Positions 27,736-43,039 of a DNA stretch of 64,000 nucleotides are shown here, in pieces. The DNA comes from Eledone cirrhosa (Eukaryota). The stretch lies in contig OZ024765.1 in NCBI GenBank assembly GCA_964016885.1, positions 7,688,001 to 7,752,000 of the forward strand, in the 5' to 3' direction. The translations under genes and the position numbers were made by a program. Position 1 is the stretch's first letter. Each line of letters begins with the position of its first letter. The notes beneath the pieces were generated by a model. The model had not been told where the DNA came from and did no database searches. It was given only the letters and a program-made list of their open reading frames with translations.

Positions 27736-28641
27736 GTAGCTGGCCCGTCCGACTGGCGCCTGGCTAGGTATACCTGCCTCCACACCTCCACTGGAAAGAT
27801 ACCACACACCCTCCCGTGTCACATTGTCCGTGCGATTCTCTCTCTCTGAATAACTAACACTTTAATTGTATCGCTATCTCTCTAATGGCCTATCTCCCTC
27901 TTTTCCCATCCCTCTGTTTTTCTGTCTCTCTCTGTAGATGTGTGTATGTAGTTTTCTTAATCTTTCTCTAAATCTCTCTCTCTCTCTCTCTGTTTATATT
28001 GAAGGGAGATTCGGAAACTAAAACAGTGTTGTCATATAGAGAGTGAAGAGCGTCAGAGAGAGTAAAGCAGTTAAATTATAGAGAGGGGGGAATGATCTTA
28101 CATACATACATATAAAGTATAGATATGTGTGTGTCTGTTTGTGTATGTATGTGTGTATGTGCATGTGTGTGTCTGTGTCTGTGTGTTTTGTTTTGATGTT
28201 ATATTATGTGTGTGTGTGTGGTATCTATTTGTGTGTGGTGTCTATTTGTGTGTGTGTGTGTGTGTTATGCGAGCAACAACAGAAAAACAGGGAGAGGGGA
28301 AAAGAGAGATAGGCCGTTAGAGAGAGATACAATTAAAACGGAAAATAAAGAGTGTTGTCATATAGAGAGTGAAGAGAGACAGAGAGTAAAGCAGTTAAAT
28401 TATAGAGAGGGTGAAAGAGGGAGAGAGACGACGCTCAACTTTATAATATTTGGGAGTGAAGAGCAACAGAGAGAGTAAAGCAGTTAAATTATAGAGAGGG
28501 GGAATGATCTATTATAGTGAGAGGGAAGAGCGACGGAGAGAGTAAAGCTAACAAACTATAGAGAGGTGTGTAGGATACATACACATATACATACATACAT
28601 ACATACATACATAAACACGATACTCAGCTTTATAATATAGA
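27736..28641 (-). mobile_element. non-autonomous Helitron-like element with internal inverted repeat
   Basis: Minus strand starts TCTATATTATAAAGCTGAG and ends in a GC-rich stretch plus CTAC (degenerate CTAG). Internal inverted repeat ~27860-27925 / 28280-28338. Confidence 0.5.
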
Positions 28642-28717
28642 TATACTTATGTATATATATATGTATATATATATATATATATATACATATATATATACAT
28701 ATATATACATATATATT

Positions 28718-28897
<180 letters not shown>

Positions 28898-28956
28898 CAT
28901 ATATATATACATATATACATATATATATACATATATATATACATATACACACACAC

Positions 28957-29277
<321 letters not shown>

Positions 29278-29284
29278 CACACAC

Positions 29285-29362
<78 letters not shown>

Positions 29363-29363
29363 T

Positions 29364-29409
<46 letters not shown>

Positions 29410-31013
29410 CTTATATATATATATATAAATATATATATATATACATATATATATACTTATATATATATATATACTTATATATACCTAAATATATATATAT
29501 ATATATACTTATATATACCTATATATATTTATATACACATATATGTTGCATGACTATTTCAGAGATGCCAACCAATAATTAGAGTGCCAGAAATATAAAA
29601 TTTGATTGATAATTAGGAAGTTGTTTTCATATTCTTTGATGTTACCTTCTTCGTTTTGAATTAATTAATGTGATGATTATTATATATTAATGCAAATTTT
29701 AATTTAATTTAATTAAAAAAAGTTTGCCTTTTTTCTGAATACCTATTTTTTTTGGTTTAATTAAAATAAAATTATAGTTCTTTTTTTTTGTTGTAATTGT
29801 AACCTTTAATTAAAGGAAATCAGAAAATTGTTGGAATATAGGAAAATTTCAATTTTTGAATTAAGATGTTTTATATTTAACAACAACTATCATCTAGTAA
29901 TAGTTTAGTAGAAAATATCTTAAAACACGGCTGTTAATTGAAATTAGTAATTAGTATCTTTACTGGTGGACAGATTGTTGTGAAAATCTGCAGTCTTATC
30001 TCTTAACATCCTGCAATAATTTAGTAGAAAATATCTAAAAATACATTTGTTAATTCAAATATTTTTAGTATCTTTACTATAATGGACAGATTGTGAAAAT
30101 TATTAGAGAAAAACTTCAATTTTTAATGCAAGGTAGTCATAGTGCTGGTTTATACTTCCCTAGAATTCTTGCTGAGGTCAACATAGCCTTTGACCCTTTC
30201 AAGGTCGATAAAAACAGTACCTATCAAGTATTAGGGTCGATTTTTCCTCTATATTTCTTTATCACTCACTCTCCTTTTGTGTTCAAATCTAGAGAGGAAA
30301 TGAGATGATCTCTGCCAGGTTTTTTTAAAAATGCCAAAGAAATGCTGTTTTTCAATATGGCACTCCTACGACTCCATATATTCAGAATTCTAATTATTTC
30401 AGTCTCTCATGATACAAATCATTATTTATTAAAGGGTGTTGGACTTACAATCATAGGTTCAATTTTTGGTTCAATTTTAGGTTTAATTTTTGGACTGGGT
30501 TGTGTTGTGTTTTTGAGCAAAACACTTCATTCACATTGCTCCAGTATACTCAGCTGAAAATGAGTACCAGCAATAGCTGGGGGTTTAACCCTGCAATGGA
30601 CTGGCATCCTGTCCGGGTTGTGGAACTCCCAGTTGCTTCACACCACAGAAACCAGGATAAGCAAAATTCAAAGATGTCCTTTAACCTTCTGGAGGCTAAA
30701 TATTTTAATGAATTGTCTCCCCTGAAACTATTAAGGGGAGGTTACTCGGCACATTCAGTCTCATGCAGTGCCAAGAGTGTTAAGACAACAATTAAAGAAA
30801 TATTCAATTAAATATTAAATTTCTAACAGTCGTTAAACAGTTTAATTAATTAAAGATTGAAAAGGCCATTTTCTAGCTAAGAAATATTGTAACAAATAAT
30901 TACGATTATCAGGGGGTTGCATATGATCATCACTGTCATCATCGTAACATCTGGCATGAGAAGTCAGAGAACCACACTTTACTCATATGTTCCATAGTTT
31001 ACCATAGTCTCTT

Positions 31014-31265
31014 CACAGAGTGGACTGGGTGTATTTTATCATGACACCATCACTACCACTTTACAGAGTGGATTGGAGGTATTTTATCATGACACCATCA
31101 CTACCACTTTACAGAGTGGATTGGAGGTATTTTATCATGACACCATCACTACCACTTTACAGAGTGGATTGGAGGTATTTTATCATGACACCATCACTAC
31201 CACTTTACAGAGTGCACTAGGTGTATTTTATCATGACACTAGCACTACCACTTTACAAAGTGAAC
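31014..31265. repeat. 48-bp x5 tandem repeat (SINE-derived)
   Basis: Unit acagagtggattggaggtattttatcatgacaccatcactaccacttt. Related units at 57750-58170. Confidence 0.9.
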
Positions 31266-31539
31266 TGGGTGCATTTTATTGTGGCACCACTTTACAAAAT
31301 GTGCGCAAGAAAACATGAATTTAGAAATGATTTTCTCAGACAATGTGATTTTTAGCTTTGAATCTTGTCAGTAAATATTTAATTGCCTGAGTCACAGTCC
31401 TGGCTTTTATTTTTGATAAATAAATTTAAAAAAAATTAGAATTTTAACTAATAAATAAATAAATAGATATACAAAAAATTTAAAGCGTCAAAGTGGTCAC
31501 ATACATATTCTTGACCCTCTATCTTATCTTATCCATCAC

Positions 31540-32290
31540 CCTTAGATGAGACAACAAGCACAACTTCACACCAACAGTCTCTGTTTCCCCATCAAAGTTT
31601 GTAGGGCATCCTTATCAATTCCAGTGTCTCTTGCTATGGTATCTGATCTGAGTTTTCTGGTAGAGGAGCTCTCCCGCAAGAAGTCTGAAATCATCTCTTT
31701 TGTGCGGAAGCAGTGACAAGCAAACCCCGTATGACGTTCAATCAGACGTGCACTTCCTTTGGGGATTTTTCTGAATATTTGATTAAGTGTGGGATGGATC
31801 TGCCAAAGGATATTTTGAGCCTTTCTCAGCAAGGTAATGGCTCACCGTAGACGGGAGTGCAAGGTCCAAGTCTCAGAACCATAGAGAAGGATAGCCTCTA
31901 CTGTTTTCTGAACAGACTGATTTTAAGTTTGTTTCTTATACAGTGTATCCCTACATTCGCGGTTCCAGTTATTTGCGGAATTTTCCTTAGAACCTATCTA
32001 ATAATTGTTTGTGGAAGCCACCACATATTGCATAATCGTAAATATCTTCTGCAATTTTTTTAATAGCTTTTTTTGTGGTAATAAATATTTTTTCATACTT
32101 TTTAACACTAAACTATTAATAACAATATACCGTATTTGCCGGCCTATATTTTACGTTATGTTTTGACGTTTTTAGGCTTTTTATGGACCACATCCAATAT
32201 TCGCAGTTTTTCACTGTTCGGAGCTCTAGGAACATAACACCCGCGAATACTGGGGACAATTGTATTGGATTTCCATTATTTTAGTCCCTT
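31540..32290 (-). mobile_element. RTE-like LINE 3' fragment with a nested Tc1/mariner MITE (31941-32262)
   Basis: Encodes MLRKAQNILWQIHPT..GFACHCFR. The MITE has TA flanks and LINE-like sequence resumes after it. Confidence 0.65.
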
Positions 32291-34346
32291 CATTGAATGT
32301 ATATCACTTAGTTATGTCTTTGAACATAGAGAGAAAGAAGACAGAACTAAAAAGTAAGAGGAAGAGTGAGGAAGGGAATGTCTTTAGAAATGGTTCATCT
32401 GGTTTTTTTTTTTAAACGAATTTGGATGGCTTGGCTTGGAATAAACAATTAACTGTTTGATTGATACGTAATTTAAAACATATTTATAATTAATTATCAG
32501 AATCTGTTGATGTGAGAATGAGTGTTAGAGATTGTTTGTTTGTTTATTGTTGTTGTTGCTGTTGTTGTGGTTGCTCTTGTTGTTTTTGTTGTTGTTGATG
32601 TTGTGTAGGTCCACTCGGCTTTACTGAAGTTGGAAACTAAGGCATGGAGATGGAAAAAAAAAATGTATATATATATATATTTAGACCGAGTGAAGGTTGC
32701 ACTTGGTTGTGTGAAGTGCAATAATGGAAGCATGCACAAATATTTGGTTAAGTATTTCATATAGTCAAAAGTGTGTCGGCCCTTTGATAATCTTTTTGAT
32801 ATATGTCAGAAGCCACCACAGGTTCTTTTAAAATATTTATATTTATATGAAGGTGTGTGGCTTAGTGGTTAGAGGATTCGCAATCATGAGTTTGTTGTGA
32901 TTTTGATTCTTAGACCGGGTGCTGCGTTATGTCCTTGAGCAAGACACTTTATTTTACATTGTTCTTTCTGCCAGGAGTTGTGACTGATAGATAGTACCAG
33001 CAATGGAAAGATCAATGAAAACATTGTTTCCTTGGTCTGATTTGACAAGCTCTATACTACTCAGTAAACAAATGAGGTCTGGGGTCTTGTTGATCAATTC
33101 CCTATATTTATTGAGGCACCTATCATAATTTAATTCAAGAACCTTTATGTTCCAAACCCCAGTTTAATAACGAGAAAGTTATATTACTAAATCTCTCCAA
33201 ATTTTTCATTACTTAAAAAAATTACTGAAAAAATATTTTCAGTGTCAAAAAATTACTGAAAAAATATTTTCAGTGTCTTTTATTAGAAATATGGCAATGA
33301 AATGGTTAAAGACACAGACAGTGTCTTTAATTGCAAATATGGTAATGAAAGGGTTAAAGACAGACAGTGTCTTTAATTGGAAATATGGTAATGAAAGAGT
33401 TAAAGACATAGGTAGTGTCTTTCATTAGAAATATGATAATGAAAGAGTTAAAGACAGTTTTATATGATAAAATAGTCCCTGTTGTGTGTATTGTGTCTTT
33501 TATCTATAAATAAAGACACCTTGCAAGATTTATAAAAGCTAATCTTTATTCTTTTACTAGTTTCATTCATTAGACTGGTCATGCTGGGGCACTGTTGTGG
33601 AGGGATTTAGTCTTGTATTTTTTTTTAAAGAAAGAATTATTATTGTTATTCTTTCATCCTTACAAGGTCAATAAAATAAAGTACCAGTCATGCACTGGGA
33701 TCAATTTAATAGACTTTCCCCTCTCCAAAATTGCAGGTTTTGTTCCTGAATCAGAAACTGTTATTATTTTATTTATTGGTAGTATTGGCATCTGATAATA
33801 TGCTTTGTGGTATATAGTTACACCCCTTTATGTTCTCAGATCAAATCCCACCCAGGTTAGCTTTGCCTTTCATCCTTACAGGGTTGATAAATAAAGTACC
33901 AGTCACGCACTGGGGTTGATTTGATCGACTTCCCCCTTCCCTTCAAATTGCTGGCCTTGTGCCAAATGTAGAACCCATTATTATTATTACTATTATTAGT
34001 AAGGGGCGGTGGAGTGGCAGTATCGGTAGAGGGTCGGACACCATGCTTTTCAGCGTGGAGTTACGTCCCTTTGTGATCTGAGTTCAAATCCCGCCGAGGT
34101 TAACTTTGCCTTCCATCCTTACCGGATTGATAAACTAAAGTACCAGTCACGCACTGGGGTTGATTTGATCAACTTTCCCCTTCCCTTCAAATTGCTGGCT
34201 TTGTGCCAAATGTAGAAACCATTACTATTATTATTATTATTATTACTACTATTATTATTATTATTATTTACTTAAGAATACAGAATACTTCCAGAAACTT
34301 TGCATGTATTTTTTTTCTCAGTAAATAGGTATTTAGAAAAAGCGTA

Positions 34347-34378
<32 letters not shown>

Positions 34379-34400
34379 ATTATTATTATTATTATTATCC

Positions 34401-34435
<35 letters not shown>

Positions 34436-35027
34436 TTGAAGTTGTGTTTTTTTAATTTTTGATGTTTTTGTAATGTTTTGATGTTGATGTTGATGATGAT
34501 GATGATTGTATGCCTTCTTTATAATCCACAACACCAACAAACTACAACAGCAACCTTATCACAACCAATTTGCATATCTGTGTGTTCAATAATTCTTTTG
34601 ATCCTTGACAAAGCTTTACTTTACTCAAAATATTGTTTCTAATAATTATCCCTGTTTTACTTTTTTCTTCTTTCTTTCTTTCTTTTTTCTTTCCTTTTTC
34701 TTCTTTCTTTGTTTCTTCTTCCCCTATCCCACCCCACTGTTTGACTCCTCTCTCTCTACCATCCTCACTCCCATTCCTCTCCACCCCTCCATCACCCCCC
34801 CACCCCCCCACCCCCCTCTCCTCCAATCTTGTTGATTTTTTTTGTGTTGTTTAAGTTTTAGAAATATTTCTAAATTAGTTATGCCATAGCTTAGAAAGTA
34901 ATTGTTGCTTAGTCCTAGGTCATACCTGGTTTAATAGATTGTCTTATGATCAAAGACAGCCCACCCTAATCAGACAGAAGATATCTATACATTGCATTAC
35001 ATATTGTGTCTTCCCTTTGGCCTTTAA

Positions 35028-35234
35028 CCCTTTAGCATTTAAACCAGCCCTATCCGGCCAGAATTCTCTCACTTTTTTCTGTTTAAACTGGCCATAATCA
35101 GCTGTTCATCCAACATTAAGATATTTTTCTCAAAATAAATGATATCAGAATCTCATAGATTCTATATTATGTGAGATAAAGCCTTTACTGTGAAAATATA
35201 ATAGTAAATATAGAGTAATGTAAATGCTAAAGGG
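35028..35234. mobile_element. piggyBac-like MITE
   Basis: TTAA TSD and 14-bp TIR ccctttagcattta/taaatgctaaaggg. Further copies at 6106, 36223-36426, 45231-45436 and 52013-52230. Confidence 0.85.
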
Positions 35235-35349
35235 TTAATTAAAGCAATGGGATGTGATTTGAGGGAGTTTAGCTACTGTTTTTAGCAAGTCAAGTGATCA
35301 CATAAAGGTCCACCTGTTAACTATTGTGTTAAATATATATATATAAATA

Positions 35350-35380
<31 letters not shown>

Positions 35381-35894
35381 CTGTTATGCTGGTACCACAA
35401 AACATCCAGCCCACACTGTAAATGAGGTTGGTGTTAGGAAGGGCATCCAGCCGTAGAAAACCATCCAGAAACACTCCTATATGAGCAAAGCACGGTCACC
35501 CGACCTTACTTGTCTCTAAATAGGATAAACCCGTCTAACCCATGCTAGCATGAAAGATAGACATTAATCGATGATGATGATGATGATACATACATATATA
35601 TATAGTTAGGTTGCACTTACCAATGAAACGGTCGTAAATACCTGGATAAAATCCATCTCTTAATGCTTACCTGTGTTTTCTCTTTTATATATATATATAT
35701 ATATACATATATATACACACACATGCATATATGTATGTATGTGTACGTATATATATATACATATAAATACACATACATATGTATGTATGAGTGTATATTT
35801 ACCATCATCATCATTTTACGTCCGCTTTTCCCTGCTTGCAAGGGTGGGACATACACACACATATATATATATATATGTAGAGAGAGAGATAGAG

Positions 35895-35968
<74 letters not shown>

Positions 35969-36715
35969 GATTGTTAGAAAGACAGATATAGAGAAAGAGA
36001 AGGAGGTATAGAATGAAATGGCCATGTTGTTACAACTCACACTTATGTTGGTTTAGCTGACCTCTCCTTAGGTTAACCTGCAGGAGATGTTTCTTGGTTG
36101 TTTTAATTAAATATGGTAACAAAAGGATTACTAATGAGAACGTTGTATATATACCTAAAGCCTTACAAATTCTTGATTACCTTGGAGATTATTTGAAAAT
36201 CGTAGGCAGTGTCTTTTATTATCCCTTTGGCATTTAAACCGGCTGTATCCAGCCAGAATTCTCTCACCTTTTTCTGTTCAAATCGGCCATAACCAGAACT
36301 CTTACAGATGTTAAGGTATTATTCTCAATAAATGATATCAAAATCCCATTGATTTGATATTATATGAGATAAAGCCTTTACCACGACACTACAATAGTAT
36401 ATATTGAGTAATGTAAATGCTAAAGGGTTAAAGCTATGGTAATGAAAGAGTTAATAATAAGAAAATTCTTCTTTGCCCACATACCCCTTCCAGCGGGTCC
36501 TGTCAGAAGCAGCTGTCTCCAATTGATCCAGCTGGAGGCCAAAGTGTCACTAACTGAACTCATTGATGTTATCCAACCATCTTGCCCTGTGTCTGCTCCT
36601 GGTGTATTCTGCCAGTTGGTTTTTCCTGTAAAATTTGTCCAGTGATTCTTTCCTTTAGTTATATTTCTAATTCTCTCCAAATTCTTGATTATTTTCAAAG
36701 TATATGAGAATAATA

Positions 36716-37330
36716 GGCAGTGTCTTTCATTAGAAATATGGTAATGAAAGGGTTAATGACGTAGGTAGTGTCTTTCATTAGAAATATGGTAATGAAAGGG
36801 TTAATGACATAGACAGTGTCTTTCATTAGAAATATGGTAATGAAAGGGTTAAAGACATAGACAGTGTCTTTCATTAGAAATATGGTAATGAAAAGGTTAA
36901 AGACATGGGCAGTGTTTTTCATTAGAAATATGGTAATGAAAAGGTTAAAGACATAGGCTGTGTCTTTGATTAGAAATATGGTAATGAAAGGGTTAAAGAC
37001 ATAGACAGTGTCTTTCATTAGAAATATGGTAATGAAAGGGTTAAAGACATAGGCAGTGTCTTTCATTAGAAATATGGTAATGAAAAGGTTAATGACATAG
37101 ACAGTGTATTTCATTAGAAATATGGTAATGAAAGGGTTAAAGACATAGACAGTGTCTTTCATTAGAAATATGGTAATGAAAGGGTTAAAGACATAGGCAG
37201 TGTCTTTCATTAGAAATATGGCAATGAAAGGGTTAAAGACATAGACAGTGTCTGTCAATAGAAATAGGGTAATGAAAGGGTTAAAGACATAGACAGTGTC
37301 TTTCATTAGAAATATGGCAATGAAAGGGTT
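36716..37330. repeat. 48-bp satellite x~13 (tgtctttcattagaaatatggtaatgaaagggttaaagacatagRcag)
   Basis: Same unit at 33270-33455, 53125-53490 and 59935-60266. Confidence 0.95.
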
Positions 37331-37977
37331 GATAATAAAACACTTATTGAATAAGGCAAAAAAGGGTTGAACATTATCAACCCTTTCATTACCATATTAC
37401 AAAATACCTTCAATTTGTTTTACTATTTTCAAAATTATTTGAAACTAATAGGCAGTATCTTTCATTAGAAATATAACAAAAATAAATTAATTCTCTCTCT
37501 CTTCTCTCTTTGTCTGTCTGTCTATCTCTTTCTATCTCTCTCTCTTTCTCTTTCTGCGTGTGTGTGTGTGTGTGTCTGTCTGTCTGTCTCTTAGCAACAG
37601 TTGATAAATTACTACAGTTTTACAGTGTTTGATAGACTCAGGCAACCATTAGTGTATCAGACAAACTACAATACTTGGTGGTATTTGGTTACAGCTCATT
37701 ATATTCTGAGTTCAAATCCTACCAAGGCCTACTTTGCCTTTCTTCCTTCTAGGGTTGATAAAATTAAGTACCAGTCAAACACTGGGGTCTCTGTAACCGA
37801 CTTTCTCGACTCCTTGTGCCTCAATTAGATACCCTTAATATTTAGGGCAGTAATTCTCAAATATAGGGCTATGAGCTAGACTCAGCAGGTATATTATATG
37901 TATATTTAGATATTTATGTATCTATATTTATTTATATATGTGTATATATTATGTGTGTGTGTGTATGTACATGTATA

Positions 37978-38040
<63 letters not shown>

Positions 38041-38180
38041 TCACACACAGACATAAACACACACAAAGAAAGGTTGGCATCTCTGCTAATTAATTAAAAA
38101 ATAAAATTTAACTTTTAAAATATACAAATTTTTATTAAATTTATTCTCATTTCTTTTGCATATTTTGAATATATTTTCAG

Positions 38181-38299
38181 ACCCTAATCTGCATCCAGGG
38201 ACCGTGCTTTTATCAACTAATGGTGTGCCCTATACTTACCAAAATGGAATGGCTATCTTCCATGCTTCAGAAAGTGGATACCCTATTGCTCAGCCTCAG
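38181..38299 (+). CDS. boule: boule exon (post-RRM), (D)PNLHPGTVLLSTNGVPYTYQNGMAIFHASESGYPIAQPQ
   Basis: Acceptor ttttcag ends at 38180; donor GT at 38300; phase 1 to 0. Peptide matches the Boule motif GTMYLTTSTGYPYTYHNGVAYFH, recalled from vertebrate BOLL. Confidence 0.9.
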
Positions 38300-39327
38300 G
38301 TTAGAATCAACTCCTTAACAACACAACAACAGATTTAAGGGTTATCTCCTCTGCTAAATCAGGGTTTAGCCTTCCAAGGGTTTCCATGTCAAATTTTCCT
38401 ATTCTTCAACAAGTACTTTAAGGCTATTTTTTCTACTAAATGAGGGTTTAGCCCTTGAGAGGCTTCTATGACAAGCTACTCTCTTTTGCCTTATTCAATA
38501 AGTGTTTTATGACTAAATGAGGGTTTAGCCCTTGAGAGGCTTCTATGACAAGCTACTCTCTTTTGCCTTATTCAATAAGTGTTTTATGACTAAATGCGGG
38601 TTAAGCCTTTGAGAAGCCTCCATGACAAGCTTCTCAATTTTGCCCTATTCTTTAACAATTATTTTAAAGCTATTTTCCCTGCTAAATCAATCAGAGTTTA
38701 GCTTTCTGCCCCCCTTCGACAAGAGAAAGACCACGGCTGATACAGCTTGGCACCTGTGACGTCACAACTCATTTCTACAGCTGAGTGAACTGAAGCAACA
38801 TGAAATAAACTGTCTTGCTCAAGGACACCACACCACACCCCACCTCTCAATTGCAAACCCAACGCTCTAATCACTAAGCCATGCACCTTCACATAATGAT
38901 GATGGTATATACATATGATATATATTTTCTCCAAAATGGCTGACTTTATACACGTACTTTTTTAAAAAAAGTTTTCCATTCCATCTTTTTCTCAATCTCA
39001 ATGCAAGTCGAGTTTCTGAAATTTTAAGACTCTTTTCCTACTATAACAAGCGTTAAACTAATATATTTTTTCATTGTACTGTTTGCTTTGTTCTTTGTTT
39101 ACTTTTTGCATTTATCATTATCATCATCATCATCATCGTTTTACGTCCATTCTTCCACACTAGTATGGGTTAGATGAGTTGTCTTTTTGTGGGCAATTCT
39201 AGGTCAGGTGACCATGTCTTGCTCATACATATATATACATACATGTGTGTGTGTTTGCAAACGAAAAGCAGACGTAAAATGATGATGATGATATGTATAT
39301 ATATACATACACACGTGTGTGTATGTG

Positions 39328-39365
<38 letters not shown>

Positions 39366-39435
39366 TCATATATATATATATATATATACACATTCATATA
39401 TATATATATATACACATTCATATATATATATATAT

Positions 39436-39493
<58 letters not shown>

Positions 39494-39495
39494 TC

Positions 39496-39532
<37 letters not shown>

Positions 39533-39551
39533 CACATTCATATATATATAT

Positions 39552-39598
<47 letters not shown>

Positions 39599-39634
39599 CA
39601 TACATACATACATACATACATACACACACATACA

Positions 39635-39670
<36 letters not shown>

Positions 39671-39817
39671 TATACATACATATATATATATATACATACA
39701 TATATATATATATACATACATATATATATATATATATACATACATACATATATATATATACATACATACATACATATATATATATACATACATACATACA
39801 TATATATATATACATAC

Positions 39818-39862
<45 letters not shown>

Positions 39863-39954
39863 CATACATACATACATATATATACATACACATATATATA
39901 TATATATATATACATACATACATACATACATATATATGTATTCTTCCTTTGTAG

Positions 39955-40038
39955 CCATCTTATTCAGCAGCAGCAGTAATGGTATCCCAGCCACCACCTC
40001 CCGTCTATATGGCTCCAACATACCCAACATATCAACCG
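39955..40038 (+). CDS. boule: boule exon, DAZ-repeat-like, [28 protein letters not shown]
   Basis: Acceptor ttcttcctttgtag, donor gtaag, 84 nt, phase 0-0, in frame with neighbours. Resembles BOLL SPVMVAQPIYQQPAYHYQ. This frame is not in the ORF track. Confidence 0.88.
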
Positions 40039-40843
40039 GTAAGATAACTAACTCCTCTCTAGCTTTTCTCTATTTTCTATCAGGTGCTGGTGCAGTAGTT
40101 TGCCATCACCTGCATTTGGTCATGAGAAGAAGGGAGGTAGGTGTAAAGAAGGATAAAAATCATCAAACCTCTTGACTGTGTGTTACAAACAAAATTCTCT
40201 GCGGCAACCTTTTGCCCATTGGTCTGGTGTCTTCAAATTGCATGTCATCATGTGAGTCAAAGAACCTATGAGACTTTTACGATGGAGGCTCATTAATTAT
40301 GTTTTAAAAATGTACTAAAATATTACAACTGGAATTACAAAGTAGAATGTTAAAAAAAAAAAAATACGATTTACAAACTGCACCTGACATTCATAGTTTA
40401 ACCCCATTTTGTTTTGACTACCCAAACTGAGGTGCATCTTAGAAGCCCTTGTGTCCTACAAGCCATCCAATATGGTACTTAAGCCTTCCAATCCCCAAAC
40501 TGCATTGGAAGCTCTGCATTATAACAAAATCACTTTAAGAATTAAAGGTTTTATACTAATGTTGTAAATTTTCGCAATGGTCTTATGGATTGTCTCGCTG
40601 CTGACCCTGGCTGCTGGTCTCCTGTATTCTGAGGCATTTTTGCTCATCACTGTCATTCACAATTGTTTTAGCGATGAGTTTTCTCATTTTTCTATGAATT
40701 GAAATATACTCCTGCTTCGTCTCAATCAGAGACAACAATGTTGGAACTTTGTTGGAAAATATTTTTTACTAAATCTTAGCAGTTTGTTAAATGAAGGCAA
40801 ATGTACAAACTTTTTCCTCTTCAAATTTTTTTCTTTTTCCCAG

Positions 40844-40900
40844 GGAACACCTCCACAATGGACAGCCCCCACGCCAAACCAGTGGCGCTGGACAGCTCAG
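40844..40900 (+). CDS. boule: boule exon, GTPPQWTAPTPNQWRWTAQ
   Basis: Long pyrimidine tract plus cag, donor gtattt, 57 nt, phase 0-0. QWRW..Q resembles BOLL GQWQWSVPQ. Confidence 0.88.
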
Positions 40901-42603
40901 GTATTTCAGAATTACATAAGTATTTACTTTAAATTTAACCCTTTCTTGACCATATTTTTAATGAAATATACTCTATTTTAATTCATGAAGAATTTTGCAG
41001 GATTTGCAAAAATTATTAATTATATAGTAAGGTTCTTACATTAATGTAAGGTTCTTAATTATAAGATTGTAACTTAATGTAAAGTTCTTATATAAAATTA
41101 TGTTGGAAGATTTGAATTTAATTTGGAAACCTTCAAAATGGGTAGTTTTGTTTTATAGAACCAGAACCAGTTTTGACTGAGTTGGTAACTAAAGGGTTAA
41201 ATGACCTAAAATAGCTGCCATATGTGTCAGCATAAGACTTACGGGCATATAAAAAAAATCCTCACTATTTCTACAGGAAATAGAAACCCTCTTGATACCA
41301 AACCATATGAAACAGCCTGTTTGTTTTTCAAGTGTTTGTATTTATCTGAAAACTTTCAATCATATTTATATTATATCTAAAGTCTGTCTGAAGCCCAGAG
41401 CCTTATCGGGCCAGTTCTTAACCTGGTTTCTAGACTTCCCTCTAGACGGGATGCCCGTCCATCATAGGGTTAAAGTCTGTCCCAAGCCTGGAAGATCATC
41501 AGGCCGGTGCTTATCCCGGTTTCCGTGATGTTAAGCGACAGAGAACAAGACTCTGCTCTGGAGAGGACGCCACACCATTGCAGGTACTGGTACTCATTTT
41601 CAGCTGAGTATACTGGAGTAACGAGAAATGAAGTGTTTTGCCCAAGAACACAACACACAACACAGTCCAGGAATTGAACCCATGACATTATGACTGTAAG
41701 TCCTGCACTCTTACCACAAGCCTACATGCCTTCACAATTCTGTGTAAGAACCTCTGTAAAATGATGTTCCAAATATATAACTGTATAATTGGAAAGTTAT
41801 ATTACTAACTCCCTGGACAGCCAACATGGCATGTTCAAATGCTTTGTCTAAATGGGAGAAGACGAAACATTAGAGGGATGGTTTCTGCTAGGCTTTATTT
41901 AAATGCCCGAGAAATGCTGTATGCTAATACAATGCACCTACGGTCCATAAGGAGTTACGGAACCATACATACATTAAAAAATGATAAGCAGTGGTTTTTT
42001 ATTAGAAATATGGTAACAAAAGGATTAAAGTGTTTATATTTATCTAAAAAAACCTTCCATCATAATTTTATGTAATAACCTTTAAGTTATGTTCCAAACA
42101 ACTTTAATAAAAAATTTGGTTATTTTACTAAATCCCAAATTCCTGATTATTTTCAAAATCATTTGAAAATAACAGCAGTGTTTTTTTTTATTAGAAATAT
42201 GGTAATAAAAGGGTTAAAGTGTTTATATTTATCTAAAAACCTTTCATCATAATTTTCTGTTAAGAACCTTTGTTAAGTTATGTTCCACATACCTGTTTCA
42301 TACTAAGAAAGTTAGTTACTTTACTAAATCCCAATGAATTCTAAAATGTTTTTAAAGTGGTTTGATAACCAGATGCAATGCTTTTCATTAGAAATTTGTT
42401 GTGTAATTACAGGTAAGGTTATTAAAATATTTTGCTGAAATTTACATATAACCCCAGGTATTATTCTTTTCATAGCTTAGCTTTTTTAAAATAAGTAAAT
42501 AATAGAAATAAGGAAAATTATCGTGTACAGTGCTCGGGTACACTACAACTCCATTATGTAATCATTTTGAAGTCCATATTCATTCAAAACATGGGAAAAA
42601 CCA

Positions 42604-42903
42604 TATTTCACCACCAAAATAAAACTGGTGTAATATTCACCTCCAAAGTGAAACTGGTGTAATATTCACTTCCAAAGTGAAACTGGTGTAATATTCACCT
42701 CCAAAGTGAAAGTGGTGTAATATTCACCCCCAAAGTGAAACTGGTGTAATATTTACCACCCAAGTGAAACTGGTGTAATATTCACCCCCAAAGTGAAACT
42801 GGTGTAATATTTACCACCCAAGTGAAACTGGTGTAATATTCACCCCCAAAGTGAAACTGGTGTAATATTCACCCCCCAAGTGAAACTGGTGTAATATTCA
42901 CCA
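42604..42903. repeat. 29-bp x~10 tandem repeat
   Basis: Unit aaagtgaaactggtgtaatattcaccYcc. Confidence 0.9.
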
Positions 42904-43039
42904 CATTTAAGTAACGTTTGAAGTTGATGAATATTCAGCATATTTTAGCCAACTTAAAATATTTCCCGTCTTTTTCATCATCCTTTATCAATATCACTGA
43001 CCTCTCAGACAGGCTGCATCCCTTATTTGTGGGTGGGGT

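Noticed and set aside
32609-32640. Acceptor-like site followed by GPLGFTEVGN*
   Set aside because: Poor pyrimidine tract ((TTG)n), no homology and no other support.
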